Part shown: positions 1 to 13,806 of the stretch, in pieces
Numbering within the stretch: the first letter of the stretch is position 1
How the letters are laid out: each line of letters begins with the position of its first letter
Origin: Ruditapes philippinarum
Taxonomy: Eukaryota
Direction of reading: 5' to 3'
DNA length: 55,238 nt
Assembly: GCF_026571515.1 (NCBI RefSeq)
Contig: NW_026853223.1
Span: 1-55,238 of the forward strand
Made by a program: the position numbers and the translations under genes
Notes under the pieces: generated by a model
What the model was told of the DNA's origin: nothing
Database searches by the model: none
The model's input: the letters and a program-made list of their open reading frames with translations, nothing else

Positions 1-97
1 AAAATTTTTGGCAAAAAAAAATCAAAGTTGGGTGGTTAATTTTTTTCTAAAATTTGTTGGTGCCTATCGTTAATTAGCCAAATGATCAATAATTATT

Positions 98-337
98 TTT
101 GGGTTGGGGTTTACCAAGATAGTATAGGTCTTATGGCGACTGTCCAGCTTTGATGATGGAGAAAGATCTAAGGTGCACCTTTATGCACTATTTCAGGCAA
201 CGATCGGGCACCTGAGCGTTTCTCCTTCCACCGACGTTAGCTGGATAGCATTCTCACAGACGCTGGCGCGGATCGAAACCTACAGCGGTGAGAGGCAAAT
301 AGTTCAAAGTCAACGACCATAACCACTCGGCCACGGA
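98..337 (-). mobile_element. tRNA-derived SINE
   Basis: Minus strand begins TCCGTGGCCGAGTGGTTATGGTCG (A box) ... GTAGGTTTCGATCC (B-box-like), followed by a body ending AAAGCTGGACAGTCGCCATAAGACCTAT, a layout I recognise from mollusc SINEs. Confidence 0.75.
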
Positions 338-654
338 CGACAGTGACCTAAATTGAGACTAATGTTGAGATAACTTCATTCAAAGTTTTGCAAATTTTTT
401 ACCATTCTACGGAATATTGTTATGTGTATCCTACATGTACAGTAAAACAATCCATATTCCTTATAAATATCAAACAATATCAAAATGATTAAGGTAACGC
501 ACTGAATGAGGAAAATTCTAAAATAAGTCATATAATGCGACATCTTTTCAGGTGAAAAATATATAAACTGGTACAATATACATGTACTGGTACAATATAC
601 ATGTATGTTACATCTAGTGCTGCAAATCATGTGTAAAACATTTTTTTCTAAATT

Positions 655-655
655 A

Positions 656-695
<40 letters not shown>
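655..695. repeat. (ATT)n microsatellite
   Basis: Direct run of attattatt... Confidence 0.95.
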
Positions 696-696
<1 letters not shown>

Positions 697-1627
697 TGGT
701 TGTTGTATCAATCCGTTAATATGATAAGAAGATAAGAAACGGACTGTTAATGATTTTAAAGCTTTAGCTGAATTTCTGGCACAAGACTAATTTTATCCAA
801 TAGGCACAGAACTGCTTATGATGGCATCTATACAATATTTTTTACTAGAAAGAAAAGGACATCAACCGACAACATGTACGTACACATACTTATCTAAATC
901 GACTCGGTATATATTATTTTAAATTTAGATACACTATAATAAACAGAATACTTCTTGTTGCATAGTTATAATGTCCGAAAGCCATTAAATACCACAAAAG
1001 TGTTTTATGCGTGTCCAAAGTCTATGAATGATTGTCATGGAATGAAATGAAGGAATCAAATTTAAGGTGCCATGATCACCGTCTTAGGATGTTTCTAAAT
1101 TTAACATACTACTATTTGAAGAAGCTGGTGTTAGGGGCTTGAACGGTATATGCTATCCATAGTACGAATAGGCTCTTTGGAACCGAATCTGTAAAACTAA
1201 ATTTTAAACGTATTTGGCTAGGTTGAAAATATGTTTCTTCACGGTTTTTAGAGGTCAATATACATATTATTTATAATTTGACATGTCGCTCAATACATAT
1301 AAACCGGAATGAAGAGTTTTGCACATTGTGCACCAGTGGTTTGTCACCCCGACAACCAGCCCTAACCTTATAGGGAACTTTTTCTTCTTATAATCTAATC
1401 CCCGGTAAAAGCCCTGCTCTGCTAGAATAGCAAAATTCTAAGTAAGACACCAACCGCACTGCAGGCTGGAAAGTTCCCCACTAATTTGGTTTTACAGCTA
1501 AAGAATCGTTTGGGGACAAACAAAAGGTTAGCCATTTATACCCTAAACCGAACGTGATCAACTTTTGCCACTAGAGCCAGGCAAGCCTGAACATCTATAC
1601 AGAGTCTGACTTAGCTGTAGTCATTTA

Positions 1628-1674
1628 ACCATTGTATACACAGGTCTGTGAGAGACCGGTGTGTATACAATGGT
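1628..1674. repeat. short palindromic hairpin
   Basis: ACCATTGTATACACAGGTCT-gtgag-AGACCGGTGTGTATACAATGGT: near-perfect inverted arms. Confidence 0.8.
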
Positions 1675-3788
1675 CATTTACCGACCAATTTGAAATTTTC
1701 ATTTTGATATCCCCGAAAATATGATTTTCTTAGCGATATATATAGATATATCAGATATTCCACCAAACTGTAATTATGAAAATAAAATACGTAAAATATG
1801 TTTTTAATCAAGATTTTTGTACAAGCATATCAAAATTTCCTGTATGAAATTCCAATAAAGTCATCTGCTGGACCAAAATAGTCCGAGGATGTCGTTTTAA
1901 TAAAAAAAAGTCTGAACCACTTCAACATCGTGTATACATAAACGAAATGTGATTACAATATAACAAGCCATTTTCAAATCATTTAAACACGGTATTTCAC
2001 ATGTATATCACAAATCTTCCGTTGCTAAAATGAAATTATGAATTGAACAATATCTAGAACAATATCTCTCAGCAACAGGAAAAGTAGTATAAAAAAATAA
2101 ATGTTTTTACATTGTATCTGATCCCCCACCCCCACCCCCAACCCCCCAAAAAAAGTTTTAAAAAATGGTGGGGATGTCCAAATTGTAAAATGCACAATTC
2201 CACTTATTAAGTGTGGTTGTAAAAATCAGCAATAGAAACGGGAAATTGCTGTATTGTTCGTTAATTAATAGAAATTCAATCAATGATACAATGAAGACTA
2301 GTGTTCAGCACAAGATATAAATTTATTCTGTAAGCCTTAATATATTTACTAGAAATACTGAGCATGCGCAAACAAGCGTCATTTTAAGATAAGGAAGAAA
2401 ATAAAACGTAAAATTTCAATTTAGATATGTTTCTATTTATATCCAATTTATTTATTATACATGTATAGACAACAAAAACAGCAGGTGGGTTGTGAAAAAT
2501 ATCAAATTATGTAACTGGTGAAAATAATATGAAAGGGGAATCGTCCGGGAGGGGGATTGTCCGGGATTCAGGATTTTATGTAACCATTCGTACTTCAATT
2601 TAACGTCACTAATGAGAGAATGCGAGAAAAGTCGTGACTAAACTGCCGATAAATATGAAACCCGTCTGTCTCTGTAAAAGGAGTGCCTTGTATACATGTT
2701 AAATGGTGTGTACGGTTATTAAATATGGTAAGAATTGTTAAAGTTACAAAGCGATATTTCAGGATATTTCATTAGCTGGCCATTTGTTATTGACTATGTT
2801 CCCGGTCTGTATAACCTTTATCAGTTCTAACAAACAATTAATGATGGAAACACAGAAGTCTATACTTTTATATCGTAACAACACGTTATTTTTCACCACT
2901 AAGTTTTACAGACTTCATCTCAAGACAGACATATTTATAAAGCAATTACTCATTACTGTTAAGAAATTTTTATTTATCACTGATAAACATAGTCATCATA
3001 CTAAATATTTCAACCCAAAATTTCTTATAATATACAAGAGGGAGAAAATACATTAACTTCCATGAATTGACAAGATTGCAGCCAAACTTTAAAAAAAAAA
3101 GAATAAAAAGGCATATATTGTGACAGTTATTTTAAAAAAAGTACATGTACTACTTTTAAAAAGCAACTAACGAGTCTAGAAGAAAAACTGCAAACAAGAT
3201 TTAATTTTATTTTTGTTGCTTTGATTTTTTGAACATCATTCATGATTTTTGTATAAAATAAATAATATTATCACCATGTAACGTTGATTTATGAAACTAT
3301 TTTTAGCTCTATAGTCTTCTTTTATTTATGAGAAATACGTCTGAAATTCGAGCTACCAGTGGCGAAAACAGATTTTAATATGAAAGTTAATGTTCAAGAA
3401 ATGTCATCCTAATTTGTATTTAAGCATAAAATAAAAAAACAACGTTTGTTGTTTTTTATGCAAGATGTACTAGTATTTGTCCCCATCTCGTGAACTTTAA
3501 AATCCGTTTTCTCACTCGTATCCTCTATAATACATTACTTTCCTATCATATTTCTTATAACTTGTGAAAAAAACAAGATATATTATGTAGTTAATCCATA
3601 GTTAATGTATGGTGATTGGTCACCTTATTCTTTGACGTATAATTATATAGATATTTGAGTCTGGTTCTATCACGGAGAGTGCGTCCAAAGTTCAAAATCG
3701 TGATTGAAATGAAATTAATTATCACAGTTTTCTGTTGTTTTGTTTTCGGAATATCTTTTCTGTTTTTTATTGTCATAGTTGTTTAAAA

Positions 3789-6442
3789 CTTACTCAAGAG
3801 GTCATAGATCAACCAATAGACCACGTGGTACAAAATATTTCACAATTCATATCTGACAATGCATTCGATGTGTTCGGAACAAAGCGAATTTTAAATCATA
3901 AACATGGAAAATTAAGCAAAAAATGGTTTGATTAAGGATTGCTTCGAGGCAAAAAAGGAATTTAAGAAAGCACGTAATGTTTTTAATAGGCACAATACAG
4001 TTGATAATCGCCTCCATTTTATACATACGCGAACGCGTTATAATAAAATTAAACGATCTGCAAGACATAAGTTCAAAATAAAAGAAGGCTTAAGAATAAA
4101 TAACTTAGCTAAATCTCAACCCGGAAATTTTGGCAAAACATAAAAAATACTTATAAAGATGATAAAGAAAAGACTGATACATTAAATGTTGAACAACTAT
4201 ATGACCATTTTAAGGCACTATTCGGCGAGGAAAGCCAAAATGAAAATCAAAACTTTTTTTATTTAATGATAACTTAATTGATGAAGATCTAGACGCAGAA
4301 ATTAATGAGTGCGAGTTACGGGAAGCTATATTTTCTCAAAAATAATAATAAATCACCAGGCTATGATAAATTAATATGTGAAATTTTTAAAGCAGCCTAC
4401 GATATCATGTCTCCATTGTTGCTTAAACTCTACAATAGATTGTTTATTAATAGTGAATATCCTAAAGTTTGGGGGAGGGTATCATTACGCCTGTTTTCAA
4501 AAAAGGAGATGTTAATGATGCTAAAAATTACAGAGGGATTACACTTATTAATATTCTTGCGAAAATTTATTCCCAGATATTGTTAAATAGACTTAGTAAG
4601 TGGTCAATAAAACATGATAAAAATTTGTAGTGAACAATTTGGTTTCCAAAAAGGAAAATCAGTGTCTGATTGTATCTTTATTTTTTTCATGCAGTTATAT
4701 CAAATGTTCTAAATTCGGGTAATAAGTTATATTGTATTTTTGTTGATTACGAAAAATGTTTTGATAAAATAGATAGATCGTTTTTTGTGGCAAAAGCTTA
4801 TTGCAGAAAATATTAGCACGCGATTTGTTAAAGCAATGAAATCAATGTACACTACTGTAAAATCATGTGTAAGGTATAATTCTACATATTCAGATTTTTT
4901 CAATTCTCATATAGGCTTGAAACAGGGAGATCCGAGCTCACCTCTGATCTTCATGTTCTTCGTAAATGACCTTATAGACAATATTAACACTGATTTAGAG
5001 GGTATTTTTACAATTAATGAACTTAAGCTTTTTCTCATTTTATTTGCAGACGACCAAGGTACTTTTTTGCTAAATCCCTGAATCTCTACAGGCAATGCTA
5101 ACGGATATTGAAACTTATTGTAATACATGGGGTTTGAAAATAAATACATCTAAAACAAAAGCAATGATTTTTGAAAAAGGCAGGCATACACAGCACATTT
5201 TTTATATTTACAACACACCAATCGAACTTGTAGAATCATTTAAATACCTTGGAATTACCCTCTTTTTAAAAATGGCAATTGGTTTAGAACTCAAAATAGA
5301 ATAGCTCAACATGCCTCATTTGCTTTACATAACCTGTTTAAAGTATTTAAAAATATAGAACTGCCAACATATCAGAAATGTAAATTGTTTGATTCTCTAG
5401 TCGGTTCCATTTTTAAATTATAATTCGGAGATATGGGGAATGCACGATGCTAAAGATATAGAAGTTATTCATACTAAATTTTTTGCGTAGAGTCTTAGGG
5501 GTTAAAAAAATCTACTAACTTGTCAGCACTTTTATGGTGAGCTTGGTCGTCACCCGTTACATATTACTAGAAAACTTAACATGATAAGATATTGGTCAAA
5601 AATACTTAAAACTTAATGATGCATCACTTGTTAAGCAGACGTATTTACTTCTTAAGTCAGACACAGATGTTGGTCGAAATTATAACGGAAAAAAATTGGG
5701 CTTCTTTTATCAAAGACACCTTGTCAAGTCTTGGCTTTTCATATATTTGGGACAATCAGTTTGATATAGATATACCATACAATACTATTAAACAAAGATT
5801 AATTGACACCTTTCTACAAAGTTGGTATGCATCTATCAATAATTCACCAAGATTACAAACATATTGTATATTTAAAACATTTCTTTTGAAAATGGAAAAG
5901 TATTTAGATTATGTCCAAGAAAGTAAATATAGAACTGCTTTAACTAGATTTCGAACTTCTTCCCATAATTTATTTATAGAAACTGGTAGATACGAAAAAC
6001 ATTCCTAGAGAACAGCGATCATGTAAATCATGCAATATGAAGCAAATATAGAGTGAATGCCACTTTCTCCTTGTGTGTGTCCCAACTACCGAGATCTTAG
6101 AACAAAATATTTTAAAAAATACTACTGCCATTGGCCTACTATGAATAAATTTAGATAGTATCTTGTCGTCAGACTCAAAGAAAACTATATGTGCCTTAGC
6201 TAAATTTTTTATATTGGGCAAATCAGAAACGTATATCTTAATCTGATATTTTTTTCTGAAAAACTATATTGTTGATAAGTACAAGTATTATTTGTTCCCA
6301 TATTAACTTGTATTCTTCAGAAAATTGTGTATAATTGTTAACTGCTATTTTTCTCACTGTACATGTGTATCATTGTAAATTGGCTATAAGCAATGTATTT
6401 TGTTTTATGCTTAATAAAATTCGTATTCGTATTCGTATTCGT
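3789..6442 (+). mobile_element. 5'-truncated non-LTR retrotransposon (LINE; CR1/L2/RTE-X-like ORF2 reverse transcriptase), frameshifted
   Basis: RT motifs across frames: KSPGYD, ITPVFKKGDVNDAKNYRGITL, EQFGFQKGKS, FVDYEKCFDKIDR, GLKQGDPSSPLIF, LFADD, WGLKINTSKTK, FKYLG. C-terminal RFRTSSHNLFIETGRY...CKSC...ECHFLLVC. AATAAA then an (ATTCGT)n tail to 6442. GTTTAAAA at 3781 and 6441 may be a target-site duplication. Clade is not resolvable by eye. Confidence 0.92.
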
Positions 6443-6747
6443 TTAAAAGACGTGACAATTAAATGATTACCATAAGAAAAGGTGATTTTTTTTCTCTATA
6501 AAATTGCTAGTGAATAATCAAGATAATTACCAAAATACACAATAAGTCGAAAATTCATCTTAGAATTAAGTTGAAATTAGTGTTTTTTAAAAGGTCTCAT
6601 GAATTCATTTAAATTTCTGAAATAAATCTTAAATGCCATAAACCTATTCTGTGAATAATATTTATTATTTATCTTGCTGTATATTGCCAGAACAGTTATA
6701 CATGTCAGTCGCAACTTTTTGGCCCTTTCCGGAAGTATTCAGAACAG

Positions 6748-6774
6748 AACTGTTCTGTTCTGTTCTGTTCTGTT
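6748..6774. repeat. (CTGTT)n microsatellite
   Basis: ctgttctgttctgttctgttctgtt. Confidence 0.9.
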
Positions 6775-7312
6775 AGTAAGTATTCGAATAAGGACCTAAA
6801 CACAGAACGGATAAGGTATTACGGTCTTACCTATCTTAAAAACTAAACATGTAAACAAATAGTGTTGTTTTTTTTGTTTTTGTTTTTTTTAATCATTGTA
6901 CTTGTTGACTTAGTTTATTCTATTATATGGAATACAAGGCCATCTAAATAAAGTTGATATAAAAGTATATAGAGCATTACTTCTTTAAATATTTGTTGAA
7001 CATGGAATTATGTGGATGATACTTCGGATTTAGTTTAAATTGTACGTCAATTAGCATTGTTTAATTGTCTCTGACCGTCAAACATTTTCTACAATCATGA
7101 TTTTACCATTTTCGTTGGATATCAATAAATACATTCGTTACTCCTTATACAAAGATCGATTTATTTACATCTGAAGACAGTGGTAGAACTACTTTCAATA
7201 CGTATTCAATCTGAAATTATTACACAAATCACGTGGTTAAAGCATTAATACTGGTATGTATTTTAAACTAATGGTATAAAACGCAAATACATTTTCATTC
7301 GTAGATTACTGT

Positions 7313-7510
7313 ATGGTGGTGATGATGGTGATGATGATGATGATGATGATGACGACGACGACGACGACGATGATGATGATTATGATGATGACGATGTTGA
7401 TCATCATCATAGTCGTCGTCGTCATCAACAACAACATCAACAAAAAAAAAAAAACAAGAAAAAAAAACACAAAAAAACACACACAAAACAAAACAACAGC
7501 AACAACAGCA
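7313..7510. repeat. compound trinucleotide microsatellite (ATG/ACG, then ATC/GTC/AAC) plus A-rich tract
   Basis: Directly visible; explains the spurious ORFs at 7295-7552. Confidence 0.95.
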
Positions 7511-8649
7511 CTTCATTTGTGTGCAAAGATGATATTGTTAGATAACATCTAGTGGAAAAATATATGAAGTTTGTTAAATGTACTTTATATTTGGTTTAAA
7601 TCGCGCACAAAATAGTATTTAATAACGTAGATTAGTTTTAGTTCCATCGATGTAGTTAGTTAAGTACTTTTACGGATTTTTTAATTTACAAAGAGCATGT
7701 TTATGTAAATGTAGTGCTTATTTTTGTCTGCTTCAAGATCAATTAGAGGTAACAAGACATGTTTTTGATAATAATTATCCGTTATGTCTTCCAGAATAGA
7801 TTAAGATATTCCTCTTGTATAATGGCAGGAAATAATAAGTTATATAGATGGACGTACAATGGTCATGTATCATGAACAACATTGTTAAAAATAATGACCA
7901 TCATTTATAACTATGTCATTTTTGTATTGATTGATGTTTAAAAAAATGTCTAACAAACTAGGATTGTCAGAAGTTGTGAAGATCGGCTAAACTATCTGGC
8001 TTGCCCTGTGCCTCTCCACTGCGTGCATGTATCGTAATTGTCAACCCTTATACCTGGATGGACGGCGAGATTCCAAGCATTTTTGAATGCTTTTACTTGT
8101 TGTTGCAACTACAAATATATTTCATTCGGAATATTGATATGTTTAGTCTCGATATATTTACAAGAACTACAACGTTTACCTCATGCGATGTTAGACTTTC
8201 ATTTTTCGTTTTTTTCTGCTGTATTATAACGAATCCAAGAGACGTAGTGTACATTTTCTTAATTTGAAGTGCTACGAAATCTGAACTTACTTATATAAGG
8301 TAAATGTAATGTCTGTTTCCCATGACAACGGTATGTAAAATGAGTATAATTTCTCCGGAAATAATTTATCAAAACATAGCAAAATATAAAGCCAAACAGA
8401 TTGACGAAATAATTCATGGTAAACAATAACCATTTCAAAAATCATCTATTAGTTCATTCAGAGAACTGAACAAAAACTTATTAGTTCTCACAACTATATG
8501 AAAACTATTACTAAGTTTTCATTATTTAACACGAGTTTCATCGTCATGTTTTCAGAACACAGACCATAAGGAAAATGTTATTCACTTTTGTAGTTAATGT
8601 AAATTCAATAAATTGAAGGTTTATTTCTCCGGAATAAATATTTCCATTT

Positions 8650-8743
8650 CCGTTCATGAACAGGCTCAATCAAACCGAGCCTGCAACATTTTCAATTTTG
8701 TCGTTTCGTGCGTTCTTTAGGGATTCTTTATTACTCTATTTTA
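8650..8743 (+). repeat. dispersed repeat fragment (inverted copy at 22156-22250)
   Basis: CCGTTCATGAACAGGCTCAATCAAACCGAGCCTGCAACATTTTCAATTTTG... matches the reverse complement of 22156-22250. Confidence 0.85.
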
Positions 8744-9949
8744 CTTTCGTGCATGCCATGTTGAAATCCAGGCCTATAGAGCTAAAACAATTTCGCATTT
8801 ATAGGATAAAATGTATACTTTTTCCGTCAATAAATTTCATTGTATGCAAAGAAAATTGTTGTCTGAAAAACTATTTCAATCTTATTTTTGGTGCTTTAGA
8901 TATTAAAACATCGTCTTATTAATACATTTGATGGAAATTGAGATTGTCAGAAATAATTTTAACAATATCGTAAGTTTTACATGTGGACACATGTTTTCTA
9001 CCTGGATTTCAATTAAAATAGCTGATGGAATTCTTCAACGTGGTGACTGTCGTCACAAAACAGGGAACTGGTATTGGGTGTAGATTTGAATTAAGGTTAA
9101 AAGGGTTCGATTACAACACCTTTCCTTTTCACGAGAATCAGACATTAATTCGACCCACAAATGTCAACAGGACAGCGTCCGTGCATGTTAGAAATAGATG
9201 CTCGGTAATTACGGGGCACCTTATCAATAACATCCATTCTGATCAAACAGTACAAGCTGTATTCTTATGAAGTATGATCCAAGCAAGAAACACGTTTAAA
9301 ATTTTAAAAACTGGCTGTTGCTAACTTTTCTAAGATGTACAATTGAAATATATATACCTACAGGTAATACTGTATTTGAAGTAGAATGATACATGCAGTT
9401 TTAAAGTGGATTGGTCTACAATGGACACAATTTTATAAGTATTTCCAATGTTGATAAAAACAATAGAAATGTATGTATCATTTTGATATTCTTATAATAT
9501 ATAACTCTTGAACAAAAGTGTTCGTAATGATTTAGTATGAATATTAATATGATGAACGTTATTATTTTGTTCTAGAACTATTTATTATCTTCTATATATA
9601 GGTATCTATATATAGATCACGTATTTCACACCTACCAACAATATCCGTATAATCATGTAACTCTTTCATGGTTTGTTGTCATATGTTACTATAAATACTA
9701 TCAATATAATCATTTTGATATATTTTCATTTTGGACTAATTGTATCTATAACGGCTGACGTCAACAAGGTTCAACTGGTTTGAAGATGTAGGGTTAGAAA
9801 AATAACTGTGACATGAACCAGCTATAAAGTTTAGAGCATTGCATCTATAAAATAATATGTTTAAGCAAAATAATTTCACGGAACTTTTTAACTATTAGAC
9901 AAAGTCCATGTGGCTATACTGTTTAAAGTTTAGTTTGTTATTTACGTAA

Positions 9950-10276
9950 CTGTGCACCATGGCACAGACACTTGGGGTTTGGAGCTCAAAACGCTTTTAA
10001 AATCCAAATAAAATGCATATTTGTCAATCCCAGCACATGTACTGATCATATATATCAAAAAAACTTAATATAAGCCGTTTTGAAAAAATTTCATATTTCA
10101 ACATCTATAATAATACATTATTATAGATGTTGAAATATGATTTTTTTTCAAAACGGCTTATATTAAGTTTTTTTGATATATATGATCAGTACATGTGCTG
10201 GGATTGACAAATATGCATTTTATTTGGATTTTAAAGGCGTTTTGAGCTCCAAACCCCAAGTCTCTGTGCACCATGG
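9950..10276. mobile_element. foldback palindrome / MITE-like element
   Basis: 153-bp arms 9962-10114 and 10117-10269, 2-nt spacer, about 4 mismatches; direct repeat CTGTGCACCATGG at both ends. Confidence 0.85.
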
Positions 10277-12504
10277 TTGATTTTTTGTATTACATGAATG
10301 AGGCATCGACATTTTACAATGTTTTTTGATGCGATACAACAACCTTATTCTGCAATCACAATCCCAAATGTTTAAAACAGAATATTTTTTAAAGAATCAA
10401 TGGACTGTTTAGCTTTTGTTTGTACTAAACGTATATTTGTATTTATTAGAAACTTGTACTTGGGACACACATATAAGACGGGTTCCACAAATAAAATGAT
10501 AGACAGATTTACCCTTTGGAAATATTGTAATGGCACAACTTGTCAGCTCCTTGTGTGCCAAATAACATACTTGATAGTAGAACTACCTGTCCATGTAAAA
10601 ATATCCACTGGTATCTGCAAGTTTGGGAAGGTCACATAAATCTGTAGGCGCCACAAATACATGTATATGTCTTTCAACGAATTTAAGATATGAATTACTT
10701 ACACACGACAATGTTGAAAGTTAAACATCCTGTATACATCGTATCATTATTTGAACACCTATATTTTTGGCGAGTTTCGTTCCGAGGGTCATTGTGTATT
10801 TTTCAGTACCGACGAATGCCTTTTACTGGGGACCTCAGGCTTACAAGTTGTAGCCGACTCGACAATTACCGCAACAATCTAAGTTACTTCACATGTTAAT
10901 ACTAGCTTAATACGATTTTTATATCAAGTTACTTTCTTTGACTACAACCAATATGAATTTTGTTTCAACATTGTTACTGTCAATGTTGAACAAAATATAA
11001 TCGCCCAAAATATAAAGTAATGACACATTTTGTCCGTTGCTGGAAAAATGATGTCTCAGCAAGGCATTTTCGTGCAATCGCTGTCCGTTTTGGCAATATA
11101 CTGTAAACATGTAATTTACTGTGCACATTTATAAATCGCCTGGAAAACTACTAGATTATTTTTTTAGAAATACAAAGTCAGTCTCCAGAAAAGAAACAAT
11201 AAAGCAAAACATTAAACACTTACATACTCTGAATTATATGGCCAAGAACTTGAAGGAACCAACTATTAAAGTTTCTCATTGAAAATATTTTAGAACAACT
11301 GATTGAATCAAGTTTGTCTTTCCACAAAATATAGCCATTGATATATTATTTTATGATAATATTTCTATCATAATAGGCGATACTCATGTGTTAGAATTAC
11401 GTCATTTTAGGTGTAATGGCAAATAAGTAATATCTGTTTCAGAAAATTGCGTTCTTTGTGCAAATGTTTTCCAGGAAACCTGCTTGATATTTAAATGTTT
11501 GTTTTTTGTTTCTTTTCTAAAGAACATGTTAGAATATACATGTGATTTTTTTCAGTTTATATACAAAGGACGGATGAATGGCGACTGGTCTTTTTATTTA
11601 ATAAAACACGCTCTCTGCCAAGGTATCAAAATAAATATCACAGCAGCCGTAATCTAATAACGCCTTACCTTCGTTACCATGGTAACTACTTCGACGCTTA
11701 CCTCGGTTTTGTATATCGCAATTCACCGATGATCCTTTGTCGTCGTATGTGCGAAATATAAATATATCGTATATATATAATTTAATCATTTGCGACGCAG
11801 GAATATAGAGAATTATATGGTATACTAGTGAACTATGCGGTACGTATACTTTACATGTTTTTTCCTTTCTCATTCATCCTAAAATAATTTGGCATATAAT
11901 CTGGTAACTGTAATTGAATGCAAATTTTCAAATACCATCGAAATGAAAAGTATGCTCTTTTGATAATGATTATCATGTTGATGATGATGATGATGATGAT
12001 TATTATTTAAAATTATCATTACAATTCGAAGTCTTTTAATTAAATGCGCAGAACACAAATATGATGTTATTAATATCATCAAAATTATGTAACGAATATG
12101 AAAAGTTTGGCCGGAAGTTGAAAACAATGCTGGTAAACGCTTCTCTGGAGTTGAATTTAAAGTCAAAAGGCAGTCAGTACTTATTAAAATATATTAGGAT
12201 TTTATTTTGTTTGTTTGTTTGTTAATTTATTTCTAGCCAGCAATTATATTGATTGTAATTTTAGAAAATAACCATTTACATTAGCATGTAAGTATATCAT
12301 TGAATTATATTACAACAGTAAATGTTGTCTTTTCATTAAGATTATATATTAAGTTAATATAATTATTAATAATACATTAGATAATCAAGCAATTTACATG
12401 CGTGTTTTTAGAGACAAGACTTAAGCTCGTTGATATAATGATAAGTAAATTTATATATGTTCAAATAATGACTTTCAGAACGTATAGGTCTGAATGACAA
12501 CTAC

Positions 12505-13587
12505 ATGACAATGGATTCCAGTTATTGTGGACTCCATCTTCTGATGTGGGCTATTATTGTATTAAGTTTGGTTCACTCAGACGCTGTGTTGACAACAACC
12601 CAAATTGAATCTTTACATCAGGCATGCCCGGGATACGAAAATTGTTACAATACTGCAAGTGCTGCTTTATGTTGTTTACCATGCTCCTGTGATACTTCTG
12701 TTTGCATACACAAAGGTAACTGCTGCCCTGATATACAAACTACAAATCAAACTGAACAAATTGCAAATCAAACTGAACCAAACAAGAGTCAATCTGAATG
12801 CGTTACTACAACCATTAATTTGAATAAAAGTCAGAAACAAATGTCAAAATACGATGAAAAAGGTTCCAAGTCACACTTAGGAGTAACTATGGTAACAGGG
12901 TGTTTGCCAGCTATTAATGAAACGCGTTGTACGGAACCTGATGCAACAAAGTTTAACGAAAGCACTCCAGTATATGACTTCGACAATGGATTGACGTATA
13001 GAAATATTTTCTGTGCCCAGTGCAACAATATCAGTAACGACAACACTACTTACTTGGAACCATGGAAAGCTTTCATCACATGTTCTAAGGTGAATGTAAT
13101 TAAAGCAGACATATTATTGTTTCCTATTACAGCCGAGTCAGTTTTTACATACACTGCTACGACAAATTACCACGAATGTGGCATTGACTTCTTGCCGCCA
13201 AATGGAGCAGATGTGAAACAGGACTTCTGTTTCGAGGAAACAAACATTGTCAGAGTATGTCCAGATGAATTCAAGAACACCTCCGTACGAGCGGCATGTG
13301 GCGAGTTTTATATGCCTTATATAAGTGCTCAAGAAAACGAAACATTCGTATACGGAAACTACTTTTGCTATTTGTGTAATACATTCGACAGCGATAAGGA
13401 CAATCACACCTGTCCGTCTGATGTAGATATTTTTCTTCACGACGAAAATGAGTTGGTTGCTGAACTGAACAATGGTATGGGAGACGATTCACAGATTATT
13501 CCGCCATTGCTGGACGTAGAGCTTACACCTGCTAGTTATTTACCGTCTGGTGTGAGATGTGGAGAGCAGACATTTGACCCTTTCTTG
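12505..13587 (+). CDS. GPCR coding exon 1: signal peptide and Cys-rich (somatomedin-B-like) ectodomain
   Basis: Hydrophobic leader LHLLMWAIIVLSLVHS; CSCDTSVCIHKGNCCPD; TYRNIFCAQCN and YGNYFCYLCN repeats; many NxS/T sites; phase-0 donor TTG|GTAAGT at 13588. Confidence 0.88.
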
Positions 13588-13806
13588 GTAAGTTTATATA
13601 GTCATCTTCATGTTAGTAAATCGATAAATTGCTTGTCACAATTCAATTCATTTCTTAAATATTTTTTTTTAACTTTGCATGAACAGGAACATTTCAAGTG
13701 AGAATAAAATTTGAGGTCACTTTTTAAGTTTAAATTTGAATGTTTAAGGGCAAAAATATTGCCGATTTGTTGATATAACACTTGATGGACATTGTTGACA
13801 AAGTAA

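Noticed and set aside
262-337. tRNA gene
   Set aside because: A/B boxes are degenerate, no clean cloverleaf is evident, and it continues into a SINE body; the same applies to ~33806.
1468-1479. kB-like site GGAAAGTTCCCC
   Set aside because: No associated gene or start site visible; probably chance or repeat-derived.
7295-7552. His-rich or Met/Thr-rich ORFs
   Set aside because: Translations of a microsatellite; the same holds for the poly-Asn ORF at 376-711 and the poly-His stretch at ~11980.
13588-13701. ORF 12505-13701 as a stand-alone secreted protein
   Set aside because: A strong GTAAGT donor at 13588 and an in-frame acceptor at 18170 join it to the 7TM exon; the tail is intron read-through.
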